DNA of 55,352 bases, from positions 1 through 55,352 of the forward strand of contig CALVQX010000030.1 in assembly GCA_944358405.1 (NCBI GenBank), written 5' to 3'. Numbering within the stretch: position 1 is the first letter of the stretch; each line of letters starts with the position of its first letter. Origin of the DNA: an uncultured Bacilli bacterium (lineage in GTDB: Bacteria > Bacillota_I > Bacilli_A > RF39 > UBA660). Below, in pieces: positions 10,236-19,429 of this stretch. The notes under the pieces were generated by a model. That model was not told the origin of the DNA, ran no database searches, and saw nothing but the letters and a program-made list of their open reading frames with translations. A program made the translations under genes and the position numbers.

Positions 10236-11145
10236 TATCGAAAAGAATTTATTAGAAGAAGTTGTGGGTAAGGATCCTTTGGATGCGGATGCTTATAATA
10301 TTCGGCAAAATGGTAAAAGTGTTGATCGAAAAATTAATCCTTATGTTACTATTGTTTCTAAAGAAGATAATTCTGGTATCGATGTTTATGTAAAAGAAGA
10401 TACTTTATTTAGTACTATTAATATTCCTGTTATTATTACTGAAAGTGGTCTTACGGATGTCGTTTATAATGATTTTCATATTGGTAGAAATGCTAATGTG
10501 ATTATTGTAGCTGGTTGCGCTATTCATAATGATTATCATAAAGATGCACAACATGATGGGATACATCGCTTTTATTTAGAGGAAGGATCTAAGGTAAAGT
10601 ATATTGAGAGACATTGTGGTGAGGGAATTGGTGATGGGAAAAAGATTTTAAATCCTGTGACAGAAATTCATATGAAACAAGGTTCTTATATGGTAATGGA
10701 TACCACACAAATAAAAGGGGTAGATGATACGATTCGAACTACTAAGGCGATTTTAGAAGAGGATAGTACTTTAGTTGTTACAGAAAAAATTTTAACGAGT
10801 CAACAACAAGAAGCAAAAACTACTTTTGAAGTTGTCCTTAATGGCAGGAATGCAAGTACTCATGTTACTTCTCGTTCTGTTGCTACAGACTCATCTTATC
10901 AGGAATTTGTTTCTAATATTACGGGAAATACAAAGTGTTATGCTCATGTAGAATGTGATGCTATTATTAAAGATCATGCTTCTGTCAAAGCAGTTCCTGA
11001 AATTTATGCTAAAGATGTAGATGCTAATTTGATTCATGAGGCTTCTATTGGAAAGATTGCAGGGGAACAGTTGATGAAATTAATGTCTTTAGGATTATCG
11101 GAGAAAGAAGCAGAAGATGCTATTATTCAAGGCTTTTTAAAATAG
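10228..11145 (+). CDS. SufB/SufD family Fe-S scaffold, SmsB-like
   Basis: AHVECDAII, HEASIGKIAGEQLMKLMSLGLSEKEAEDAIIQGFL C-terminus; overlaps sufC. Confidence 0.88.
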   Translation: MNSIEKNLLEEVVGKDPLDADAYNIRQNGKSVDRKINPYVTIVSKEDNSGIDVYVKEDTLFSTINIPVIITESGLTDVVYNDFHIGRNANVIIVAGCAIHNDYHKDAQHDGIHRFYLEEGSKVKYIERHCGEGIGDGKKILNPVTEIHMKQGSYMVMDTTQIKGVDDTIRTTKAILEEDSTLVVTEKILTSQQQEAKTTFEVVLNGRNASTHVTSRSVATDSSYQEFVSNITGNTKCYAHVECDAIIKDHASVKAVPEIYAKDVDANLIHEASIGKIAGEQLMKLMSLGLSEKEAEDAIIQGFLK

Positions 11146-11169
11146 AAAGAAAATCTCTTTCTTTTTTGT

Positions 11170-11198
11170 TTGTCATAGAGTGTATTCTATTATATAAT
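11170..11198 (+). promoter_or_regulatory. sigmaA promoter
   Basis: TTGTCA-N17-TATAAT; overlaps the track's ATG, which implies the downstream GTG start. Confidence 0.55.
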
Positions 11199-11214
11199 GA
11201 AATTGGTGATTATA

Positions 11215-13821
11215 GTGGATGCATATCTAAAGACGAAAGAGGAAATTTTTCAAGAGTATGAAACTTCTGTAGATGGTTTAAAAAGTACTGATGTGAGAAA
11301 ACGTCAGCGTCGGTATGGAAAAAATATTTTGATTGAGAAGAATAAAAAGACAAAAGTTCAGATTTTTTTTGATCAGTTTAAGAATGTTATGATTCTTTTA
11401 TTATTAGTTGTAGGATTTTTATCATTGATTTATTCTATCCTTAGTGGTAGTGATTTTTTAGAACCTATTGTTATTTTGGGGACTACTTTAGTTAACTGTT
11501 TTATGGGCTTTTTACAGGAGTCTAAAGCAGAAGATGCGGTTGGTAAGTTGAAAAAGTATTCTGCTTCTTATGTTACGGTGAAAAGGGATGGGAAATTTAA
11601 GGAAGTTGATTCTAAGGATTTAGTTGTTGGAGATTATATTGTTGTTGAAGCAGGGGATAAAATTCCTTCTGATGCTAGAATTATTGAGAGCTATTTTGCT
11701 AAATGCGATGAATCTATTTTGACTGGTGAGAGTCAGAGTGTTGATAAAGTGGATGGTGATATTTTTTCTGATGTCTTAATTTCTGAACGTAAAAATATGG
11801 TTTATTCTGGAACTATTTTGGTTTCTGGGAAAGTAGAAGCTGTTGTGGTTGCTACGGGAATGAATACAGAACTTGGAAAGATCGCATCAGTTATTGATAC
11901 GGAAGAAGAGCCAATTACTCCTTTACAAGTTAAGATTCAAAAAATTAGTCGGTTTATTTCTATGGTTGCTGCTATTTTGGTGGCTTTTGTTTTAGTGTAT
12001 GGTCTTGTTTGTGACTATGATATTTTGAGTATTGTTATGTTATGTATTTCTATGATTGTTGCTAGTGTACCGGAATGTTTACCAATTGCTATTACCGCTA
12101 CGTTATCCATTGGTGTTGGACAAATGGCTAAGAAAAAATCTATTGTTAGGAGCTTGGCTGCTATTGAAACTTTAGGCGCAACAGAGGTCATCTGTACTGA
12201 TAAAACTGGTACTTTAACAGAGAATCAAATGGAAGTAGTAGAGATTTATACTTCTTCACAAATGATAGATTTTTCTTCTATTTCTTCTTATCCTGAGCTC
12301 GTTTGTGTTATGGACTATTGTAATAATGCAGTAAGTGATGAAGATGGTGTTTATCATGGTGATTCTATCGAGGTGGCTTTAAAAAATTTTTTAGTAAAAT
12401 ATCATCTTGTTTCTTCCAATAATGCTAGAGTGATTGAACTTCCTTTTGATTCTGATCGGAGGATGATGAGTACGGTTTATTCTGTAAAGCAGAAAAAGTT
12501 TTTATATTCTAAAGGTAGTTTAGAGTCTATTTTAGAACGTAGTAGTCATGTTTTAGTAGATGGAAAGGTACTTCCTTTGAAAAAATCCATTCAAGAACAA
12601 TATTTTGAAGTAGAACGTAGTTTTTCTGATGATGCTTTAAAAGTTTTAGCATTTGCTTATAAAGAAATTTCTAGAGATGTTTTGGAGGAAGAAGATTATT
12701 TTAAAGAGGAAAAAGATCTTATTTTGGTGGGATTAGTCGCTTTTAAGGATCCTGTAAGAGCACATGTGAAAGATGCCATTCATGATTGTTTAACGGCTCA
12801 TATTAGACCAATTATGGTTACAGGTGATAATTTACCTACGGCTTTATCTATTGCAAAGGAAGTTGGAATTTGTCATAGTGATGAGGAGGGGGTTAATGCT
12901 AGCTTATTAGATGATCTTAGTGAGAAGGAATTACTTGCTGCGGTGCAGAAGTATTCTGTGTTTGCTAGAGTTAGTCCAGAAAATAAATTACAGATTGTTA
13001 AGGCTTTACAAAAACAGGGGAAAGTTGTTGCTATGACCGGTGATGGAGTGAATGATGCTCCAGCAATTAAACTTGCTAATGTAGGTGTTGGTATGGGAAA
13101 AAATGGTACCGATGTTACAAAAAATGTTGCGGACATTATTTTGTTAGATGATAGTTTTCAAACTATTACTACAGCTGTTTCTGAAGGAAGAAGAATTTAT
13201 GATAATGTAATTACCAATGTATTGTATAATTTGTCTAGTAATTTTACTGAAATTGTAGTGATTCTTTTTGGGATGTTTACTGGAAATACAATTATATCAG
13301 CGATTCATGTATTATATATTGATTTGGTTGCAGATACCCTTCCTTCTATTACATTAGCTTTTGAGGGAGCTTCTCACGATATCATGAAGCGAAAGCCAAA
13401 TGGATTAAATAAGCGTATTTTTACTAATTTTTTTAGTGCATTTTTGATTGTTTCGGTTCTTTTAGAAGCTGGAATTAGTATATTTGTGTATTATCATTTT
13501 TTATCTCTAGGACAAGATATTGCTCAAACTTTGGCACTTTTTAGTATCATTATTAATGAATTTGTTTTTGCTTATAATTGTCGGTCTTTAAAAGAGCCAA
13601 TTTATAAGAGAGGTTTTTTTACTAATCAATATTTGAATTTTGGAATTTTATTTTTGCTTCTTGTACAGATCTTTGTATTTTTTACGCCAATTGGAAAGAT
13701 TTTTGGACTTTCTGTGGTTACCATTTCTCAACTTATCTTTGTTTTTGCTGTTAATATTTTTGCTTTTCTTCTTTTGGAGTTGTTAAAACCTTGGATTACT
13801 AAGCTTTTTAAGGATGAATAG
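11215..13821 (+). CDS. Cation-transporting P-type ATPase (type IIA, Ca2+-like)
   Basis: TGES, DKTGT, TGD, GDGVND; multiple TM segments; M4 motif is PECL. GTG 11215 follows TTGGTGA. Confidence 0.92.
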   Translation: MDAYLKTKEEIFQEYETSVDGLKSTDVRKRQRRYGKNILIEKNKKTKVQIFFDQFKNVMILLLLVVGFLSLIYSILSGSDFLEPIVILGTTLVNCFMGFLQESKAEDAVGKLKKYSASYVTVKRDGKFKEVDSKDLVVGDYIVVEAGDKIPSDARIIESYFAKCDESILTGESQSVDKVDGDIFSDVLISERKNMVYSGTILVSGKVEAVVVATGMNTELGKIASVIDTEEEPITPLQVKIQKISRFISMVAAILVAFVLVYGLVCDYDILSIVMLCISMIVASVPECLPIAITATLSIGVGQMAKKKSIVRSLAAIETLGATEVICTDKTGTLTENQMEVVEIYTSSQMIDFSSISSYPELVCVMDYCNNAVSDEDGVYHGDSIEVALKNFLVKYHLVSSNNARVIELPFDSDRRMMSTVYSVKQKKFLYSKGSLESILERSSHVLVDGKVLPLKKSIQEQYFEVERSFSDDALKVLAFAYKEISRDVLEEEDYFKEEKDLILVGLVAFKDPVRAHVKDAIHDCLTAHIRPIMVTGDNLPTALSIAKEVGICHSDEEGVNASLLDDLSEKELLAAVQKYSVFARVSPENKLQIVKALQKQGKVVAMTGDGVNDAPAIKLANVGVGMGKNGTDVTKNVADIILLDDSFQTITTAVSEGRRIYDNVITNVLYNLSSNFTEIVVILFGMFTGNTIISAIHVLYIDLVADTLPSITLAFEGASHDIMKRKPNGLNKRIFTNFFSAFLIVSVLLEAGISIFVYYHFLSLGQDIAQTLALFSIIINEFVFAYNCRSLKEPIYKRGFFTNQYLNFGILFLLLVQIFVFFTPIGKIFGLSVVTISQLIFVFAVNIFAFLLLELLKPWITKLFKDE

Positions 13822-13950
13822 GAAAAAGTTGCTTTTTCAATTTTTGTTTTCGTGCTATAATAGTTTTAGAAAATGAGGGAGAATTTTATTTTAGTTCATT
13901 TTTTTAGATTATATTAATTTTAATTGGTATCAACAGGTTAGGAGTGCATT

Positions 13951-14643
13951 ATGAGTATAGAAATATATAATGAAGATTATAAAAAACTTGTTCGTAAATT
14001 GAAACGTGAGAAAGTTCAAGTAGATGCTATTATAACAGATCCTCCCTATGGAGTGAGTCGTAAACATCAATTGGGATACTCTAATATGGGAAGAAGTGGT
14101 ATGAATTATGGAGAGTGGGATTATAATTTTGATCAAAAAAAGTGGATCAAGGATTGTGCTCCATTAGTTAAAAATGGTGGAACTATGATCATTTTTAATG
14201 ATTGGAAAAACTTTTCTTATATTGTTGAACAACTAGTTTGTGAAAATTTTGAAATTAAAGATATTATTCGTTGGGAAAAAAATAATCCTATGCCTAGAAA
14301 TATCGAAAGAAGATATGTTGCGGATTGTGAATTTGCTATTTGGGCAGTGAAAAAGGGAGGCAGATGGACTTTTCATAAACCAAAAGATGTTCCTTATTTA
14401 AGACCTGTCTATCGTACAGGATTAGTTCCTGGGGGAAAGAAAAGGTTGCATCCTACACAAAAGCATTTAACTTTATTAGAAGAATTAATTCAAGTTCATA
14501 CGGATGTTAATGATTTGGTTTTTGACCCTTTTTTGGGATCTGGAACGACTGCGGTTGCATGTAAAAATTGTCAGAGAAATTGTATCGGTTCGGAGATCGA
14601 TAAAAAATATTATGAAAGAGCATTGGAGAGATTACATGATTAA
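13951..14643 (+). CDS. Beta-class amino (N4-C/N6-A) DNA methyltransferase
   Basis: TDPPY first, then HPTQK and DPFLGSGTT. Confidence 0.92.
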   Translation: MSIEIYNEDYKKLVRKLKREKVQVDAIITDPPYGVSRKHQLGYSNMGRSGMNYGEWDYNFDQKKWIKDCAPLVKNGGTMIIFNDWKNFSYIVEQLVCENFEIKDIIRWEKNNPMPRNIERRYVADCEFAIWAVKKGGRWTFHKPKDVPYLRPVYRTGLVPGGKKRLHPTQKHLTLLEELIQVHTDVNDLVFDPFLGSGTTAVACKNCQRNCIGSEIDKKYYERALERLHD

Positions 14644-15511
14644 TTCACCTCTTAATTATTCTGGAAATAAATATAAAGCATTAAAAGACATTTTACCATT
14701 ACTTCCTACCGATGTTGATCATGTAGTCGAAGTTTTTTCTGGCAGTGCTTTAGTTTCTTTAAATATGAATGCTAAAAATTTATATTTAAATGATATTTCT
14801 ATTCCTTTATTGCAATTACTTCATTATTTTTATGAGAATGATGGAGAGAAAATTATTCAAGATATGGAACAGATTATTTTAGATTATGGATTTACGGATA
14901 CTTATCGTTATGGGATTCGTTCTTATCCTGAAAAAAAGCACGAGGGATTATCTAAATTTAATAAAGATCCTTATCAAAAATTGAAGGAAGATTATAATGT
15001 GGCTCCTCGAGTGGAGTTATTATTTGCTCTAATTATTTATGGATTTAATCATTATATGAGGTTTAATCGAAATGGTCTTTTTAACGTTCCTGTTGGTAAA
15101 GTAGATTTTTCCACTTCTTTAAGGAATAAAACAATTCAATATGCGGATGCTTTTAAGAAGAAAAATGTTCATTTTTCTAATCTTGATTTTAGAGATCCTA
15201 AATTGTATCAATATCCAGGAAGAGTATTTTATTATTTTGATCCTCCTTACTTAATTACAGATGCTCCTTATAATGCTTATTGGAGTGAGGAAGATGAAAA
15301 AGATTTATTGAGTATTTTGGATGATTTAAATGCACGTGGAGTTTTTTTTGCTCTTTCTAATGTAGTTAAGTCTAATGGAAAAGAAAATTTGATTTTAATA
15401 GAATGGGCTAAGAAATATCATGTTCATTATTTAAATAGGCAATATCGAAATGCAAATTATCGTCGAAAAAATATTACAGAGGCGATCGAGGTATTAATTA
15501 CTAATTATTAG
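14636..15511 (+). CDS. Alpha-class (Dam/D12-like) N6-adenine DNA methyltransferase
   Basis: SPLNYSGNK, EVFSGS, RFNRNGLFNVPVG, DPPY, EVLITNY; start ATG 14636 overlaps the upstream stop. Confidence 0.92.
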   Translation: MINSPLNYSGNKYKALKDILPLLPTDVDHVVEVFSGSALVSLNMNAKNLYLNDISIPLLQLLHYFYENDGEKIIQDMEQIILDYGFTDTYRYGIRSYPEKKHEGLSKFNKDPYQKLKEDYNVAPRVELLFALIIYGFNHYMRFNRNGLFNVPVGKVDFSTSLRNKTIQYADAFKKKNVHFSNLDFRDPKLYQYPGRVFYYFDPPYLITDAPYNAYWSEEDEKDLLSILDDLNARGVFFALSNVVKSNGKENLILIEWAKKYHVHYLNRQYRNANYRRKNITEAIEVLITNY

Positions 15512-15524
15512 GAGGAGGTAACAT

Positions 15525-17231
15525 ATGACTGCAGGAAATCGCCATGGTTTAAAAATGTATTCTTTTAATACAACTGTACGTATGCCAGATAAAAATATAG
15601 AATTTTTGACTCTTTTTAAAGAATACGAAGAACGTTATTTTGATAAGAATGAAAGACTTTCTTTTTATCAAGATGCAATTAAAAGAAGAATTGTAGTTCC
15701 AAAGAAGATTTCTGTTTCGGTTAGAGAAAAAATTCGTGAGGGGAAAGAATTAAGTGATTCAGAAATTCAAAAAGTTCTAGAGGAGAATGTTCCACCAAAT
15801 GGTTTTTCTGGACGTGTAGGGGATTTTTTATCTGCTATGGCTAGTCAGGGATTTATTCAAAAACAAAATAAAAGATATCGTTTAACTAATTTAGGAAATG
15901 ATTTAATTGAAAATCCTGCTAATGAATCTGATATTTACATTAAGTCTATGCTGGGACTTCAATATGGAAGTATTGACCGTTTTACAGCTAAAAATAAAGC
16001 AATCCCTTTTTTGAATACTTTGTTTGTTATTCATGGACTAAATGAATATTATCGTCAAAATGATTTAGAAAATCCTGGCCTTTCTGATTTTGAATTTGGA
16101 GTATTTGTTCTTACTATGACTAATTGTAACTATCAAAAGACGATTCAAGAAATACTTACTTATCGTAAACTTTATCTGCATAAAAATAATTTTGAATATG
16201 CTATGGATTTTGTACGTAATCAAAGAAAGATCTTAGAGATTCAAAAAAATACTTTGTATGGTTCTGCTAGTTATACTGATGAAGTGTTAAGAAAATTTAG
16301 GAAGACCTCTCTTTTTACGATTCAAAATCGTTTTCGAAAAAATTATATTTTATTTAGTGAAGTTGAAGAAGAGAAAGTTCATTTGCTAATCCAAGAATAT
16401 CAGGATTATCGCTGGGAAAAATATACTGATTTAGATACTTATTTTTATCATTTGGAGACGAAAGTATTACCATGGGAAAAAGATGATAGTTTATATGTAC
16501 AAATTTTAAAGAAGAAAGCTGAATTGATTGGGTTTCAAAAGGATCTTAGGAAAATGGATTGCAAAATGCGCGAAGAGATTGAAAAACAATATAACGATTA
16601 TGTTTTTAAAAACTATTCTTTGGATACTATGTCTATGGAACTGATTTGCCAAGAATTACAATTAATCAATGGACGAATTCGTGGAAAGTCTATTTTACCT
16701 GATACAGAAAATTATATAAAGTTAGAGTGGTTTTCCGCTTTGCTTTTATCTAAACAATTTGGGCAATATCGAGTTCAGAGTAATTTGTCTTTTTTCGATG
16801 ATGGAACTCCTAGAACTTGTGCGGGTGGAAATGAGGCTGATATTGGTTTTTCTTCAGATGAGATGGATTATAATATTGAAGTTACTACGATTTCTAATAA
16901 GCAACAGCAAATGAATTATGAAACTACTTCTGTCCTTCGTCATTTGGCTCAAGCAAATAAAGAAAATACACGTCTTAAGAGAGCTGTTTTTATTGCTCCA
17001 TACATTCATTATGATACGATTCAGATATATCGCTTGAGTGTTTCGCAATTCGATGGAATGCTTGCTGTACCAATTACTATTGATGCCTTTATCAAAGCTG
17101 TTTTAGAATCGGAGTCTGTTTTTTCTTTTGATGAGAAAATTCAGGAATATTATGAGCACATGATTCATATGTCTTATGAAGAGTTTGAGCAATATATTAA
17201 TTCATTTGATTCAAAACAGTATATAAATTAA
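15525..17231 (+). CDS. AlwI-family type IIS restriction endonuclease
   Basis: N-terminal SFNTTVRxP; C-terminal AGGNEADI...IEVTT...Q..E..V.RH...FIAP; follows two methyltransferases. Confidence 0.82.
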   Translation: MTAGNRHGLKMYSFNTTVRMPDKNIEFLTLFKEYEERYFDKNERLSFYQDAIKRRIVVPKKISVSVREKIREGKELSDSEIQKVLEENVPPNGFSGRVGDFLSAMASQGFIQKQNKRYRLTNLGNDLIENPANESDIYIKSMLGLQYGSIDRFTAKNKAIPFLNTLFVIHGLNEYYRQNDLENPGLSDFEFGVFVLTMTNCNYQKTIQEILTYRKLYLHKNNFEYAMDFVRNQRKILEIQKNTLYGSASYTDEVLRKFRKTSLFTIQNRFRKNYILFSEVEEEKVHLLIQEYQDYRWEKYTDLDTYFYHLETKVLPWEKDDSLYVQILKKKAELIGFQKDLRKMDCKMREEIEKQYNDYVFKNYSLDTMSMELICQELQLINGRIRGKSILPDTENYIKLEWFSALLLSKQFGQYRVQSNLSFFDDGTPRTCAGGNEADIGFSSDEMDYNIEVTTISNKQQQMNYETTSVLRHLAQANKENTRLKRAVFIAPYIHYDTIQIYRLSVSQFDGMLAVPITIDAFIKAVLESESVFSFDEKIQEYYEHMIHMSYEEFEQYINSFDSKQYIN

Positions 17232-17271
17232 AAAATTTATTATTGGTTTTGAACATTTAAAGGGTGATTTT

Positions 17272-18141
17272 ATGCAGAAATTTCGAGCAATTAAAAAGGC
17301 TAGTATTTTGGGAGTGATCAGCAATTCCTTCTTGTTGATTATTAAGGGAATTGTTGGATTATTAACGAATAGTCAAGCTATGATTGGGGATGCTTTTAAT
17401 AGTGCAGGAGATATTTTTTCTTCTATTATGACGTTTATTGGGAATAAAATTGCTTCTAAGCCAAAAGATGTGGATCATAATTTAGGGCATGGAAAAGCAG
17501 AATATATTTATTCTATGCTCATTAGCATTGCGATGATTTTGATGGCTTATCAAGTTTTTAAAAATTCCTTTTTGGCTTTGATTTTTCAGGAGAAATATGA
17601 TTTTTCTATTTGGCTTATCGTCGTTTGTTTGATTACGATTATTGTTAAGTTTAGTTTATATTTATATACCCATGCTTTATATCAAAAACATCGTAATTTG
17701 TTACTTTTTGCCAACTCTAAAGATCATAGAAATGATTGTATTTTGACTGCTTTAAATTTACTTGCTTGTTTATTTAATTATTTTGGGATTTTTTTCGTAG
17801 ATGGTATTGTAGGTATTGTTATTTCTATTTGGATTTTTGTTACGGCAGTAAAAATCTTTGTAGAAAGCTATGATGTTTTAATGGATAAGTCTATTGATGA
17901 TGGGACAAAAAAGAAAGTTTATCAGCTAGTTCGAAGTCATTCAGAGGTTCGTAAAATTTCTCATTTTAATTCTACTCCTGTTGGTTATCAATATCAAATT
18001 TCTTTTACTATTTTTGTGGATGGTAATTTATCTACTTTTGATAGTCATGAGATTGCAAATGACTTGGAGAAGGAGATTGCACGAGAGATTCCTGAAATTT
18101 ATTTAACTGTCATTCATGTGAATCCAATTAAAATGGATTAA
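17272..18141 (+). CDS. Cation diffusion facilitator transporter (FieF-like)
   Basis: Multiple TM segments, HNLGHGKAE, DHRND, C-terminal dimerization domain ending IHVNP. Confidence 0.9.
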   Translation: MQKFRAIKKASILGVISNSFLLIIKGIVGLLTNSQAMIGDAFNSAGDIFSSIMTFIGNKIASKPKDVDHNLGHGKAEYIYSMLISIAMILMAYQVFKNSFLALIFQEKYDFSIWLIVVCLITIIVKFSLYLYTHALYQKHRNLLLFANSKDHRNDCILTALNLLACLFNYFGIFFVDGIVGIVISIWIFVTAVKIFVESYDVLMDKSIDDGTKKKVYQLVRSHSEVRKISHFNSTPVGYQYQISFTIFVDGNLSTFDSHEIANDLEKEIAREIPEIYLTVIHVNPIKMD

Positions 18142-18240
18142 TTCTATATTTTTGTGAGGATAAATGAAGAAGTTATGGTATAATCTTTATGGATTTAGAT
18201 ATACTGTTTTTATAAAGTTTGTTTTTATTAAATAAAGGGA

Positions 18241-19206
18241 GTGTTTTTGATGGATGAAAAGTTTGATTTGAAAAAAAAGAGAGTTAGTATTTTAGAAAAC
18301 TATGGAGAAAATTTCCAAAATAAAGATTATATTACAAATCCAGCAATTGGTAGAGATGAACAAATTAAACAGTTAATTTTAATTTTACTTACTCCTGATA
18401 AATCCGCTGTTTTGATTGGTAAACCTGGTGTTGGTAAAACGGCTGTTGTGGAAGGTCTTGCTTATCGTATTCAAAAGGGGAATGTTCCAGAAGCTTTGAT
18501 GGGTTATCAAGTCATTAAGGTAAATACGTCTGCTTTGTTGGGTGTTGATCCAGTGACTGGAGAAGCTAAAATTCAGACTTTGATCGATGAATTGAAAGCT
18601 AGATCTAAATTAATTTTATTTATTGATGAAATTCATACTTTGATGGGTACCAAGGGTGAGGCGTTGGATTTTGCTAATATGTTTAAGCCGGCTTTGGATC
18701 GTGGTGATATTAAAGTTATTGGAGCAACTACTACAGAGGAGTATGAGCGTTATATTTTACGCGATAAAGCTTTTGTTCGTCGATTTCAGAAGGTGGAAAT
18801 TCATGAACCTACTCGAGAGGAAAATATCGAAATATTGATGGGAACTCTTCCTAAAATAGAAAAAAGAACTGGGGCTAAAATGAAGTATACACCATTTGTT
18901 CAACGTAAGATGATGGAATTTATTACGGATATTACAAGTGAATATAAAAGAATTTATGAAATTGGTTCTAGGTATCCTGACGTATCTTTAACTTTAGTTC
19001 AGCAAGCGTTTTCTAATGCATTATTTGATAATCGAACAGAAGTTGATGTGATGGATTTTAAATTGGCAATTAAGAATAGCAAAAATATATATCAAGATGT
19101 TATTGAAAAGGCCATGGTTCAATTTGATCAAGTTTTTGCTGATCAAGTGATGGAATATAATCAAGAACATCAAAATTTTGAGAAGTTAGGCAGCTCTTTG
19201 GATTAG
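18241..19206 (+). CDS. Stand-alone ClpA/B NBD1-like AAA+ ATPase
   Basis: IGRDEQI, GKPGVGKT, FIDEIH, IGATT..EY, RRFQKV, RYPD; no second NBD. Confidence 0.8.
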   Translation: MFLMDEKFDLKKKRVSILENYGENFQNKDYITNPAIGRDEQIKQLILILLTPDKSAVLIGKPGVGKTAVVEGLAYRIQKGNVPEALMGYQVIKVNTSALLGVDPVTGEAKIQTLIDELKARSKLILFIDEIHTLMGTKGEALDFANMFKPALDRGDIKVIGATTTEEYERYILRDKAFVRRFQKVEIHEPTREENIEILMGTLPKIEKRTGAKMKYTPFVQRKMMEFITDITSEYKRIYEIGSRYPDVSLTLVQQAFSNALFDNRTEVDVMDFKLAIKNSKNIYQDVIEKAMVQFDQVFADQVMEYNQEHQNFEKLGSSLD

Positions 19207-19278
19207 ATGGTTTGTCAAGACTTCTTTTTTTGTATATAATATTTATAGAATGAAATATAGAGAAAATCGTTTCATTTT

Positions 19279-19412
19279 AGCGCCAGGACGGTTACGTTGA
19301 CGAGGTTAGTAGTGATCGAGGGATTCGGCGGATGCTACTACGGATTTGGATGGTTCGTCAGATATATTTTAAAAAGTAAAATTGAATTACTACAAAGAGT
19401 ATATCAGCATCC
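19279..19412 (+). ncRNA. glmS ribozyme (GlcN6P-activated)
   Basis: AGCGCCAG...GACGAGG...ATCGAG...TCGGCGGATG core, TAGTAG/CTACTA and GATATA/TATATC stems, directly upstream of glmS. Confidence 0.92.
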
Positions 19413-19429
19413 ATCACAGGAGGATATTT

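Noticed and set aside
14504-14635. 44-aa N-terminal extension of the second methyltransferase
   Set aside because: Overlaps the first methyltransferase; ATG 14636 has an RBS and starts at the conserved motif.
19382-19429. Upstream TTG start for glmS
   Set aside because: GlmS needs an N-terminal Cys (MCG); this stretch is ribozyme and RBS.
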